Source: Callorhinchus milii (taxonomy: Eukaryota). From it: a stretch of DNA of 64,000 nt. The stretch's first letter is position 1. Every line of letters begins with the position of its first letter. Location: NCBI RefSeq assembly GCF_018977255.1, contig NW_024704742.1, forward strand, positions 122,328,001 through 122,392,000. The letters run 5' to 3'. Positions 12,297 to 25,100 of the stretch are shown here, piece by piece. The position numbers and the translations under genes were made by a program. The notes under the pieces are model-generated. The model was not told the DNA's origin, ran no database searches, and saw only the letters and a program-made list of their open reading frames with translations.

Positions 12297-13944
12297 TAAC
12301 TGGTAACTTCCAATGTGAGCAGGGGTGCATACGTGCACAGTGAGTAGGGTCCACAGTGCAAACTTGCATTATACCATCCTCTATAGTAGTTTCACAGAGC
12401 ACAACCCAGTGTGATCGTAGAATTATATCAACCACAGTACAAGAGGAAGCTATTCAGAACAAAATGGCAATTAATGTGTTTAATTCACAAGAACTTTACC
12501 AAACTTTAGCTCTATTTTTTATTGGAACAGAAAATGTTCAATCTGGTGTTTGTGTTTAGTCTGGTGTTTGTGTTCAGTTTAGTGCTCGTGCTCAGAGCAC
12601 TGTCTATGACATTTCACAGAGAGGTCAGTTTTGCATGTGGATGCCAGTGCATTGATCAAATATTACTCCTGTTGGGCTGAAGCTTCTCTTGTTCCAGCTT
12701 CTCCTGGTAGCCAGTTCTTTGAACATCAAAGCTGTTTCAAATGATTTGCATCCACAGTCAATGAGAGCAACCTGTCACTGCAGGGAGAGTTCTGAATCCA
12801 ATGAGACTAAGGGTGGCAAGTGGGTCAGAGCAGATCAAGGAATGTCTGCACCAATTAGGACTGGCCTCTTTGGGGATAAGCAGACATAGCAAATAATTGG
12901 ACATCATGTAAAATATAGTTGAGCTCCTCTGTAACACCGGTTGTTGGAATCAATAAAATCCTAACTTGTGCTAATAACGATAACAAGGTGTGCTAGCTGG
13001 TTTAACTGCACCTTCTCGCTGATTTCTACTCTAGAAAAAAAAACTACTTCTGGGTCATCAGGTTGCTGCCAATATCACTTCCTGTTCGCTGCACTTGCGT
13101 AAAACAAGAAGTGACGTTGCTAGCGGTCTGATGATCCAGAAATCGTCCATTTCTTTAGCATGTGTGAATAGTGTTAAAGGGTATTGGGAAATTAGTAGAA
13201 AAATGCGAATGGATTAGATGGCTCATGTGGTGAAACAACAGTGATGATTTAATGGGTCAAATGTCCTTTTTTCTTTGTTTTAACATTGTGATTCTACGCT
13301 GCCTTTCGGACAGATCCAAGACGTAAAAATGAAACATAGGAAGGGTTGTTAAACATAACAAGTTACCACAATATGACCTCTTGAATTGGATCTTGCAGAA
13401 GGCATTGTTTTACTAAGGAGTAACCTTAAAGGAGCTACAGTTCATGACTCAAACAGTGGATGTGATAGATTGCGGGTGCTGGGCTCATTGGCGTACATTG
13501 GCTCAATAGGTGACGCTAACAAGAGTAAGCTTGTGATGATGAATGGAAAACTGCCAGAGAATTTTCCAAGCTTCTATTTCTTGGCTTCTTTATCCGGAAA
13601 AATGGAAAGCTGAATAGTGATCTGGCAAGGCAGGCAGCAAACATCCTGCAGCCTTTAGAGCGCTTAGCAAAGTGGAATAAAGTGGAACTGTTACATGCAA
13701 TGACAGGCAATGAGGGTCATATCTTATGCATTGAGCATCATAATACAATATATGGTGTAAAAGTGAGGAGGAGGTGTGGCAAATAAGAATTAACTTAAAT
13801 CACAACAACAATTTATTTAGCGCCTGGTAGGGAACTGTGAATGGTGGGGGAGGTGGCTAAAATCACAATCAAAGAGGTAGAACCATAGGCAACATTTGAA
13901 TGCACAATGAGAAAGTGTGAAACAGGAAGCCTTCACTATATATA

Positions 13945-14468
13945 ATATATATAAATGACTTGAATAAAGGAGTAGAGAGTTTTATATCCAAGTTTGCAGA
14001 TGACACAAAGTTAGGAAACGCAGTAAATCGTGTAGATTCAAGCAGGAAGTTACAAAGGGATTTAGACAGATTAAGTGAATGGGCAAAACTGGCAGATGGA
14101 ATTCAATGTGGGGAAGTGTAAGGTCATCTGCTATGGATCCAAGAATAGCAAAACAGAATATGTTCTAAATGGTAAGAAACTAACAACTGTGGAAGAGCAA
14201 AGAGATTTGAGTGTCCACGTACACACATCACTAAAAACAAGCTCACAGGTACAAAAAGTTCTCAAAAAGGCTAATGGGATGTTGGCCTTTATCTCACGGG
14301 GGCTGGAATATAAAGGAGAGGAAATGATACTTTAACTATATAGAGCCTTGGTCAGATCCCATCTGGAGTACTGCATTCAGGTTTGGGCACTGCACCTCAG
14401 AAAGGATATATTGTCTCTGGAGAGAGTGCAGCACAGATTCACCAGAATGATACCAGGGGGAAAGGGTT
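13945..14468 (+). mobile_element. CR1-clade LINE RT fragment
   Basis: YINDL..ISKFADDTKLG..WQMEFNVGKCKV..KKANGMLAFISRGLEYK motifs, with an in-frame stop. Confidence 0.88.
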
Positions 14469-15119
14469 CTTTTCTCGAATAGTGCCATGAGATCTTTGAC
14501 CTGAATAGCTAGGCGGGAACTTGGTTTAACATTTCATCTGAAAGAAAGCAAATCTGACAATATTGTGCTCCAGCATTGTACTGGAGTATCAGCCTAGACT
14601 TTGAGCCCTAAGAGGGGCTTGAACCTACATACTTCTGCTTCAGAGGTGAGAGTACAATATAATACAAAATTACATTTTTATGGTGCATTTCACGTTGGGA
14701 GGACGTCCCAAGGCACGTCACAGTCAGGGATTTGGACCCGAGTACTACCAACTCTGCCAGGTTGATACCTTATAGTGTGGGGTCAGGACGTAGAGACATT
14801 TGAAACAAAATAACAACATCAAGTTGTATTTCTATTGTGCCCTTCATGCAAGCTGGTGTTATGGAGCACTCACGGTGCAGGATTGGATGCCGAGCAAGGG
14901 AGAGGAGTGGAAGAGTGATCATAGGTATGGTCCAAGAGAAGGTCTTTAAAGATAGATAAAGGGGGGAACAAGATGGAGGGATTGAGATTCCAGAGATTGG
15001 AAGGCTGAAGGCTCGACCTCTCCTGGTTGCAGAGGGATCGGGGACGCACAGCAGGTCTATATTTGCTGAACAAAGGGAGCAGGCAGAGGAGAGGAGCACA
15101 AGTAGGTCAGAGAGGCACA

Positions 15120-15800
15120 TTGGAACAACATAGGAACAGGAGTAGGCCATTCAGCCCTTCAAGCCTGTTCCACCATTTAATTAGATCATGGCTGATCTGT
15201 ACCTCAACTAATCCTTTCAATTCCAGTTTCCCGTTTTCTCCCCATATCCCTTAATACCCTGACTTACCAAAAATCTATCAACCTCACTCTTGAATGTGTG
15301 GATGGATCCAGCATCCACGGCATTTTGAGGGAGAGAATTCCAGATTTCTACTACCCTTTGAGTGAAAAAATGCTTCCTGATTTCACTCTTAAATGACCTG
15401 ATTCTAATTTTAAGACTATGCCCCCTTGTTTTGGATTCCACCACCAGAGGAAATAGCTTCTCTGCATCTACCCTATCAAATCCCTTTATCATCTTAAATA
15501 CCTCAATCAAATCACCCCTCAACCTTCTAATCTCAAGGGAATACAATCCAAGTTTACACAGCCTTTCCTTGTAACTTAACCCTTTTAGGCCTGGTAACTT
15601 TCTATTGAACCTGCCCTGCACCCCCTCCAGGGCTAATATATCTTTCCTGAGGTGTGGTGCCCAAATCTGAACGCAGTCTCCAGATGGGGTCTGACTGACG
15701 CTCTATACAACTGAAGCATCATTTCTTCCCCTTTGTATTCCAGGTCCCTTGAGATAAAGCCCAACTTTCCATTCGCCTTCTTGATTACGTTTTGCACCCG
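15120..15800 (-). mobile_element. CR1/HER1-type LINE 3' fragment with 3'UTR
   Basis: GLYSLEIRRLRGDLIEVFK..FFTQRVVEIWNSLP motifs; tail gaatggcctactcctgttcctatgtt. Confidence 0.9.
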
Positions 15801-15902
15801 GGAACTATACGTAAGGTGCTATATCAAATGCGAGGATTATTATTATTATTATTTGACTTGAAATCAATCCTTTCGGAGCCAGTGGAACCCAGCAAGCATT
15901 TC

Positions 15903-16525
15903 AGGATTAGAGTATAAGAGTAGGGAAGTCTTGCTGCAACTGTATAGGACCCTGGTGAGACCACACCTGGAATACTGTGTCCAGTTTTGGTCTCCTCATT
16001 TAAGGAAGGATGTACTTGCCTTGGAGGGGGTGCAGCGTAGATTTACTAGGTTAGTGCCAGGGATGAAGGGGATGAGTTACGAGGATAGGCTGACCAATTT
16101 GGGCCTATATTCTCTAGAATATAGAAGAATTAGAGGGGATCTTATTGAAACCTATAAGATCATCAAAGGGCATGATAGAGTAGATAGTGGGAGATTGTTT
16201 CCCCTGGTTGGAGAAACTAAAACCAGGGGTCACAACCTTAAAATCAGAAGCAGCCCTTTCGCACTGAGTTGAAGAAGAGCTTCTTCACTCAAAGGGTGGT
16301 GAATGTATGGAACTCACTACCCCAAAGGGCTGTTGACGCTCAGTCCTTGAACATATTCAAGACTGAGATAGATTTCTTATTGCAAAAGGGATTAAGGGAT
16401 GTGGGGATAAGGCAGGGTCAGGTTATTATCTGGAGTTAGATTAGAAGATCAGCCATGATTGAATGGCGAGGTAGGCTTGAAGGGCCGAATGGCCTACTCC
16501 TGTTCCTACATGTTATGTTATGTTA
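15903..16525 (+). mobile_element. CR1/HER1-type LINE 3' fragment with 3'UTR
   Basis: LYRTLVRPHLEYCVQFWSP..RRIRGDLIETYK motifs; same tail followed by (tgtta)n. Confidence 0.9.
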
Positions 16526-17119
16526 TAATAAAATAATAATTCTTGCATCTAATATAGGGGCTTATCATTTTGTCAAGACATTTCAAAGCGCTTATAGGAA
16601 ATTACTGTGTATTTGTAGGGAAACGAGTCAGCCAATTTGTGCACAACAATGTCTCACAAATATGAAGCAAATGACTACTTTTATCTGTTGGACTGCTTTC
16701 CTAAAGGCACACTTCCAAAAATGCATCACTCCTCACTACTGTACAGCCTCGACCAGGGGTGTCAAATTCATTCAGACTTTGGGCCGCAAGAGCAGGTGAG
16801 CATGAACCATAGGTCAGGTTGGATGGTGTCTTTTGGAGACAAAAGTCTGTCACTAACATCATTTCAGTGAAAATGGCCACTGTTGGCATAATTTCCTGCA
16901 AAATAGCTGACATTGACATAATTTCCACTGTTACAGGAAAGCCAACAACCCTGTTCACAAATCCACACAACATCCACGTTATACTTGGACTTGGACGTCA
17001 ATAAGTGTTGTCTGTCTTCAGAAGTTGAAGTATTAGAAGCTGATGCTCTTTTTGATGCTATGAGGCCACCAATGTCAGGTTTGATCACCTGCACTTAGTT
17101 CACCTTTTGGAGTGAGTTC

Positions 17120-17312
17120 CTTTTTTATCTCGCACTCTGTACTACGCTCTCGCTCACACTCTCTGCCATTCTCTCTCTCTTCCCCATTCTTTCTCTGTGT
17201 CAGTCTCTTTCTCTCACGGTGTACCACTCTTTTTCTTTTTGCCACTCTCTCTCGTTCTCTCTCTCTAACTCTGCCTTTCTCTCAGTTTCCGAGTCACTCT
17301 ACCTTTCTTTCT
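17120..17312. repeat. CT-rich low-complexity tract
   Basis: Degenerate (CT)n; the overlapping S/L/F-rich ORF is a by-product. Confidence 0.75.
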
Positions 17313-17705
17313 TAGTTACTTTGTAGAAGGTAGGCATTTGTTTCTGGCCCCAACCCTGCACTGCATCAAAGTACTGCACTGTACTGCAATTTAAAAACAA
17401 ACCCTAATTTACCAGCTGAACACCAGAACCGGATGGCAGGAGCAGAGACATTGGCACTGATGAAATGAAGCTGTGTGAAGTTATGCACAAGTGCACTCAG
17501 TTACTATGTGGCGGGTGGCTATGCGTTTCATCCAGGATGTGTGTTTGGGCTAGTGGCCATTTTATTTCCTAATAGGCTGAAGAAACGGATAAGGGGTTAC
17601 ATATTTGATTACATGGTTTTCCCGGTCTAGACTATGACCTGGGGCTTCAACCCACAACCTTTGAACCCGAGTATCACCAACTGAGTCAGGTTGACACACA
17701 TCTGT

Positions 17706-18024
17706 GGAGTCCTGTAGCTCAGTGGTTAGAGCACTCGCCTTGCAAGCGAGTCACCTGAGTTCAATTCCAGGCAGGGTGAAACCTTGGGCAAGTTTCCTTA
17801 CTTCACACGCCTAATAATAATCCCTCCAAAACAAAAAACAATAATAAAAAAATGGTCATTATCAATTCACGACTGTTGTGGGAAACTGCTGTGCGCAATT
17901 GGCTTCTGCATTTCGCCCACAGTCAATTCACTTTATAGTCTATTCTGTGAAACACTTTGAGACATTGAGAAGACGTGAAAAGCGCTATATCAAATGCAAG
18001 GATTATTATCATTAATATTATTAT
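17706..18024 (+). mobile_element. tRNA-Ala SINE, full length
   Basis: ggagtcctgtagctcagtggttagagcactcgccttgcaagcgag head with a perfectly paired anticodon stem ctcgc/gcgag, through to the gattattat tail. Confidence 0.9.
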
Positions 18025-18104
18025 CTAGAACTACCAGTACTTTACCCTGATCTTCTTATTAGTATCTTCTAACACTCAAATGCTACCTTTGGAGACAGGT
18101 TTGG

Positions 18105-18425
18105 TAATGATAATAATAATCCTTGCATTTGATATAGCGCTTTTCACGTCGGGAGGACGTCCCAAAGCGCTTCACAGAACACACTGTAAAATGAAGTGAC
18201 TGTATATTTGTGGGCAAACGCAGCAGCCAATTGCGCACAGCAATGTCCCACAAACAGTCGTGGGTTGAAAATGACCAATTTATTATTGTTTTTGGTTTTG
18301 GAGGATTATTATTAGGCTCTGTGTGGAGTAAGGAGACTTGCCCAAGGTTTTGCCCTCTGCCTGGAATGGAACTCAGGTCTCTCACTTGCAAAGCGAGTGC
18401 TCTAACCACTGAGCTACAGGACTCC
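18105..18425 (-). mobile_element. tRNA-Ala SINE, full length, young
   Basis: Reverse-complement match to the family over its whole length. Confidence 0.9.
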
Positions 18426-18454
18426 ATAAAGTCCACATAGAGAGAGACAGAGAG

Positions 18455-18555
18455 GCTGTGGTGTGTGTGTATGATGGCGGTTGTGGTGTGTGTGTGCAAT
18501 GGAGACTGTGATGTGTGTGTGATGGAGACTGTGATGTGTGTGTGTGTGTGTGTGG
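18455..18555. repeat. TG-rich microsatellite with a duplicated atggagactgtgatgtgtgtgt unit
   Basis: Directly visible (TG)n runs and two copies of the longer unit. Confidence 0.8.
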
Positions 18556-21500
18556 TAGAATGAAATCTATGGAATCTGATTTGTGATATTTCTTAATGGA
18601 TTTCTTGATGAGAAATGTTTTAAGGACAGGCATTCTCATGGCAAGTTATCCGAGTGCTCTGAGATATTATCCGACGTGAAGGGCACTATATCAATGCAAG
18701 TTGTTATCACCTCAAATCCTCTCTAAAATTCCCTTATTTTTAGACCTAGTTTGTGCTCTCTTCATGGAGTGAAACAAGGTGCTAGTTGTGGCCTGTGCGA
18801 AATGTTTCACATCAGGTTATTAAACAGCTGGGATAACCCCAGATTTCCTGTTTTGCTTAAGTTGGACAGAACTAAATTGGAATTGGTTGCATCTGACTGG
18901 CCTGCACTTCCATTGCCTTCTTTGCACCACGTACCACCTTCCGTTTTAAACCACTTCAGAGTGCCGTGAAAACTTTCTCTTTCATTTTAATATTAATATT
19001 AGCATTGTTAATATTAAAAACCATACAAAGATCTTATGATAAAATCAAGAGGGAGCCGGGTGAAGTAGGTCCTTTAGCGCATTCTGCCTCATCTCTTCAG
19101 AGTACTTTCCGTGTGAACCTGTGAAGTCTCGTCCTACTGCCTCAATTGGTAGAACTCTCGCCGCAAGATCAGAAGGTTTGTGGGTTTGAGCTTCACGCCT
19201 ACATGGTGTGATTATATTCCAGGGAAGTGTTGGGGGAGCCCTATGTCGGGCTCTTAATAATATGTTCTTAATATATTTGAGTTCTTAAAATCACTGCTTT
19301 TTGCAGTTATGATTATTATCATTGCCTTTTGAATGAATTGTTCTGGGTTTACTACCTTTCTGTAGTTCAGGTTTACTACTCTGCAGCTGAATACTATTTT
19401 GGTCTGTTCGGGACTATTCTGGCCCTAAGGCTTCCTGTTAAATATGTGATCATAATGTTCCCTCCCAAGATGATCTTTCTAACAGCCTGGATTAGCTGCT
19501 GTTTATTTTGAATAGTGACGTAAAAGATCCACCGGAGGATCTTCAAGCTGCTTTGGTTTTCCTCTGAGTTCATCAAATTAAAAACAAAGTTTTATAACTG
19601 CGGGTACATGGGTAGTCTAGGGATAAGCAATGGTACCAAAGCAGAAGGAACCATTGGTCCATAAAACTGTATCACCCCCTCACGTGTATTCTTTCCATTG
19701 TCTATTCACTTAGTTTGAAATTAACACAATTGCAACCTAATCAAAGAAAACAAAATGAGGGAGAGGCAAGACTGATGTGCGTAAGTGCAAAGATTGTATG
19801 AATTTTACACTCCGATGATCTTTGCACTTGTGCACATCAGTAGCTTGGCTTGGTCTGTGTGGCTCTCACCTCCGAGTCAGAAGGTTGTGGGTTCAAGCTC
19901 TCATGTATGGACTTTGAGGTTACAGTCTAAGATGGCACTCCAGAGGTACAGTCCTTTGTTTAAGCCATTAAATTAAGGTCTCCTCTGGCTTTTCAGGTGG
20001 ATGTTACAATAATAATCCTTGTATCTGATATAGCGCCTTATCATGTCTTTGAGACATCTCAAAGCACTTCTGTTAAAGATCACATGGCACTAAAAGAGAA
20101 GGGAGTTTCTTCTGGTGTCCTGGCCAACAATTCCCCAGATAAAATTGATCATTCACATCATAATAACCATAATCAATAATAATCCTTGGCTTGTCTTTCA
20201 CGGTGGGAGGATGTCTCAAAGTGCTTCACAGGATTTACTGTAAAATGGAGTTACTGTGTATTTGTAAATGAACGCTCACAGCAGTGCTTCAGGAATGTTA
20301 GCAAGGACATCAGCAAAGACCCTTTCTCTTTTCGAGCAGGGGATTTTTAATGTCCACCTAAACAGGCAGGTGGAACTTCGGTTTAATGTCTCATCTTGTG
20401 TTCATGTCCACATTTGAGCTGGTTCCAATTAGTGCGGATATGGAGCTATCTGCTGAACATTGACTTAGATGATACATTGTAGGATGTCTTCAGTCTGTTA
20501 AATTCACTCGTGCAACATTGATTGATCATCAGAACGAAACACAAGGGTCTGTTCTGGGTCCCTTGCTATTTGCTCTATTCATAAATGACTTCTTGTCATA
20601 CTAGCTGCTGTCAACAAAGCTAATCAAATACTAGATTGAATCTTGAGGAGACATGAATATAAGTCAAAATAAATTATTCTGACCTTGTACAGGCCACTGG
20701 TAGAAACATAGGTTCATCGAATGTTTTATAGCCCACAGGAGGCAATTCAGCCCAGCATGTCTGTATTGCTGCCAATTCCCCGACTGGAGTTTCTTACTCT
20801 CTCATTTCTTAGCTCTTTCTCTCTATTCTTTGATAATTTTCCTTTTCGTTTCCACATAGCAACTTGTATTTATATAGCAGCCTTTACTTTGGATAAACTC
20901 TTGGAGCATTTCACAAGGACTGCATTGGACTCCCACGAGAGGAAGGAGGAGTTGAATGTAAATTCAGTTGAAGTGGTAAGATATTAGGCAGAATTTATAT
21001 AGCGCCCTTCAAGCGGAGCAGCATCTTGGAGCACTTAACAGCTACTTGTGCTGAGGCACAAATAAGATTGAAGCAGTAAAATTTTAGCTAGGATTTAAAA
21101 ACAATCAGTGAGGGTCGAGTGCTGTTTTATATGATGTTATGAACTCAGCATTAACAACAACAATTTACATTTATATAGCACCCTTCACGCAGGGTCTCAC
21201 TACTTCTGAGGCTGAGGCATTCCTCATTCTTAACGTCTAGCTGTGTAAGAGATTTTTTTCTAACCTTCCCAATTTCTTCTTGTGATGATCTTCAATTTAT
21301 ATTCTTTTGTTATGAACCCTCAGATAAGGAGGGAACAGACCTTCAGGTCTGAATAATCTTGTCTTGGGCTTTTCTGTTTCCATGGAGCCATCTTCCTATC
21401 ATCCACCTCAATTCCAGTAAACTAACTGTGACCTTTCTAAATGCTGCCGTCTTGTGCTGTGGGTCCACCTTTCCTTCCTAGCCCTGACCTGGCGTAATTG

Positions 21501-23269
21501 GAGACAAGAAGGGTCAGTGTGACTGCAGTCGTCATGCGTCATGCAGCATCATAGGGAATATTATAGCACCCTTTGCAATCAATAGTTCCAGGAAAAAAAT
21601 GTAAGAAGAAATTGACTTGTTTGGTACAGTCTAAACAGATTGTACAATAGACAATACAGTGGAATACATATTGTACATTATTCTACACATGAGTGGATCT
21701 TACTCACATAAATGGGATAAAGTGAACATCACCCATTACCCATTCTGTGTTCTTTGCAACAGGATTCAAAATAAACATTATCTTATCAGGGCTGCGAAAG
21801 ACATCATCTTAGGAAACAACAGTGTACTCTCAGTCTTAATGCATTATATCAGACAGTAAGCAATGATTATCATGGCATTGTAGCTCGTGCTGTGTCTTGC
21901 GAATGAGTAGAAGATGTTTGAGACCATGGTGTATGAAAACAAAACAACAATCTTATCAGGCACCAAGCAACCTGGCACAGTTAGCTTCTGAAAGCGATCG
22001 CCAAGCTTACTTAATGGAGCCTCGTGTTGTGCCAGCTCACTCCTTGCCATCACACAGTCCACTGAAGCTGATGTGTGTGCCGAACCAGCAGCTCTCACGC
22101 CGATTGGAAATGCAGTAAGCGAAGCATACTATGTCACTGTGTGTTCTGCTTACAGATCAGATTGTGGGTGATGGAAATGCATATATCAAATCACTATATC
22201 ACAAATGCAATACATTTAAATGACACTTGTTGCTTTAACGTTTATTTATAGGCAATGCACATAAATACTTGTCAAAGGCATCTGACGACTTTATTGGAAA
22301 TATTTGACAGTGATATTTATTTATCATTTTTGAATGAAGCCGTGAAAGCTTCTTTGTTCTGCTGCCTCTCCCCATTTCAGGACCAGGCAACTGAGAGGTA
22401 GTGTGTGCAGGCTGCTTCCAAGCCCATGCCTGCACTGCTCTGCAGAGAACTACCAAAGCGTGCACTAACAAACAAAGCGTATCTTTTCCTCTGATAGTAT
22501 CTTCTCTGTCTCTTCGAAGCAGCACAGTTCAGGCCAGGAATCCGCTCAATAAAGGGTTTAAACATTCATCCTGTGGCTCTGTGCCACTGAGTCAAATACT
22601 TGAGGTTTGCACACAGAATTACATGGAGTGAGTTGAGGATGGAACAAAACACCAAGGTTCAACACAGACTCCATGAGCTGGAGTGAACAACCCCAGAGAC
22701 TGGTTGATGTGGTTATTAGAGAAATGTTTTACATCACAGAAGAAATACATTTGACCCATCCTGTCAAGTGTCTGAGAGGAAGAGGCGCTGACGAGAATTG
22801 AGTGCGCTAGCCTCAGTTTTGTTGACGTTGGAAAAAGTTACGATTCATCCAGACCATTCAGCTCAACGAGTATGTGCCAGTGTTTATACTCAATACAAGT
22901 CCCCGTCCATATTCCCCTCTATTCTTTATACTATTGGATTAATAAATAGCAAATCTGGGATATACAAGTCTGACTATCTGAAACTCCATTTAAACGTTGA
23001 ACTCACATAAGTCAGAATGAGATCGTCACCTGATTTTCAGAGGGTTGTCTGCAACATATTAGCAATTGGCTATTTTTAAAATTATTTTCGAATCTTGCAA
23101 TTTAGGCCCTGCTGTGTTTTAATGTAGCCCATCGACAACTCTTCCAGTGTTTGGAATTCTGAATACAATTCTAGTTTTTCATTGCAACTGGATGAATCAG
23201 AATGGAGACACTGGGTTGAGAGTGGGATTGAAGTACAGTAGTTTGTTCCAGTTGATGATTTAGATTCAT

Positions 23270-25100
23270 TGTCATTACTTCTTGTCAACAAAATCTACCC
23301 TGGATCCCTCTCAACTCTCCCAACTATCACCCCAACTCCTAATTGCCCCTCCTTCCTAAGGTGTGGGAGCAAGTTGTTGTCTCCCAGTTGTTCCTTCCTC
23401 TCCCACCATCCCTGTAACAGCCCTCCAAATCTGTCTTCTCATGTGGTGTCCCTCAGGGCTCTGTCCTCGGTCCCCTCCTCTTCACCCTCTATATGCTCCC
23501 CCTTGGTGACATCATCCGCAGACACGGAGTTAACTTCCACATGTATGCGGATGACACCTAACTACCTTTCCTCCTCTACTCTAAACTCCACGACCACCGA
23601 TGTCCTGACAGCTGCCTGTCCGACATCGAGTCCTGGACGAGAGACAACTTTCTTCAGCTCAACGTGCGAAAAACCGAGGCCCTCCTGATTGGCTCACGTC
23701 AGCGCCTCCGCACCTCAGGCGCCGACACCATCAGCATCCAAGGCTGCACTCTCCACCTCTCAAAGCCAGTCAGGAACCTCGGCGTTTTGTTCGACCCTGA
23801 GCTGTCCTTTCTCCCTCACATCCGCACCACAACTGGCACCGCCTTTCATCACCTCCGGAACATCGCCAGACTACGGCATTACCTCACCCCTCACGCTGCT
23901 GAAACCCTGGTTCACGCCTTTGTCACCTCAAGGCTGGACTATGGGAACGCTCACCTCGCCGGTCTTCCCGCCACCTCCCTCCACAAGCTGCAGGTCATCC
24001 AGAACTCTGCAGCTCGTGTACTGTCCCGCACCAGGCTTCGGGACCACATCACTCCCACCCTCGCTCGCCTCCACTGGCTCCCCATCCCCCAGAGGATTGA
24101 TTTCAAGATCCTCATCCTCACCTATAAGGCCATCCACGGCCTTGCACCCTCCTACCTCTCTGACCTACTATCCCCCTACCTACCTACCTGCCCGTACCCT
24201 CCGTTCCTCCGGCTCCGGTCTGCTCCACGTCCCCCGCCCCAATCGCCCTACCATCGGTGGTCGAGCCTTCCGCCTCTCAGCCCCGAGGCTCTGGAACTCC
24301 ATCCCCCAGTGCCTTCGCCTTGCTTCCTCCCTCTCCTCCTTCAAGGCCGGTCTCAAAACCTTTCTTTTTGACCGAGCCTTCAGCTCCCCTCTCGACTCTC
24401 TTCCCCCTCCTCGATCCCTCCCTTCCCTCCCCTCACCCTGACCATTTCCCCCCTCCTCGCTCCCTCCCTTCCCTCCCCTCACCCTGACCATTTCCCCCCT
24501 GCTCGGGTCATGACCCAACTGTGCAGCGCCTTGGGACGTCCTCCTGACGTGAAAGGCGCTTTATAAATGGAATCTTGTTGTTCTTCCGCCCTGTCCAGGT
24601 ACCGAGACAGCCCTGGTCAAATTCACAAATGTCATTCTCTTTGCCTGCAACCAGTGCTTCCTGTGCCTCCTAATCCTTCTCGATCTCTCGGCCGCCTTTG
24701 CTACTCTTGACCATTCTATCCTTCTCCACTATCTCTCCTCCATGAGACTTTCCACTTTCCTGGTTTTATTCCTTTCCAGGATCTCCACTTTGTCTCACAC
24801 AGTGTTTTTTTCCTTCTGCCCCTACACGGCCTTGTATATTTTTCCCAGTGCATTATTCTCAGTTGTCACCTTTTCATCAATGCTCCCCCCGTTGTGACAT
24901 CATTCACAGACATGTACACGGATAACACCCAACTCTACCTTTCTGTCTCCAACCTTAACTCCAAACTTCTGCTGTTCTGACAGATTGCCTATCCAGACAT
25001 CAAGTCCTGGATGAGTCATAATGTTTTCAAACTCAGAATCAACAAAACCGAGGCTATCATGCTTGACACACATCAACTCCTCCGCACCCGGGCGCTGTTA
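23270..25100 (+). mobile_element. Older, decayed L2 RT fragment interrupted by the young L2
   Basis: Left part resembles LDP..NY.P..QSGF. Right part resumes RP..TETALVKFTN..LILLDLSAAF..DH and carries its own degenerate YADD equivalent near 24912. Confidence 0.75.
23439..24581 (+). mobile_element. 5'-truncated young L2-clade LINE (RT C-terminal half plus 3'UTR), non-coding remnant
   Basis: Translates [38 protein letters not shown] (YADD at 23544-23555, premature TAA at 23559). Downstream AFVTSRLDYGN and LHWLPIPQRIDFKIL motifs, frameshifts, 3' stem-loop and (TTG)n tail, tcttc at both ends. Confidence 0.92.

Noticed and set aside
16721..16801. Possible first exon ending at CAG|GTGAGC
   Set aside because: The ATG frame is phase 0, which does not fit the next acceptor (32261, phase 1), and it overlaps a hAT-like terminus (caggggtgtcaaa).
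17706..17780. tRNA-Ala gene (also the other SINE heads)
   Set aside because: The tRNA-like part lacks a convincing acceptor stem and T-run terminator and continues into a SINE body with a LINE tail in every copy.
22600..22633. Donor-like GGA|GTGAGT after an ATG
   Set aside because: The ATG is out of phase with both downstream acceptors and the in-phase frame has a nearby stop; no other support.
23664..24441. Longest ORFs (235 and 250 aa) as functional genes or an active reverse transcriptase
   Set aside because: They belong to a 5'-truncated L2 with a stop right after YADDT, frameshifts and no endonuclease domain.
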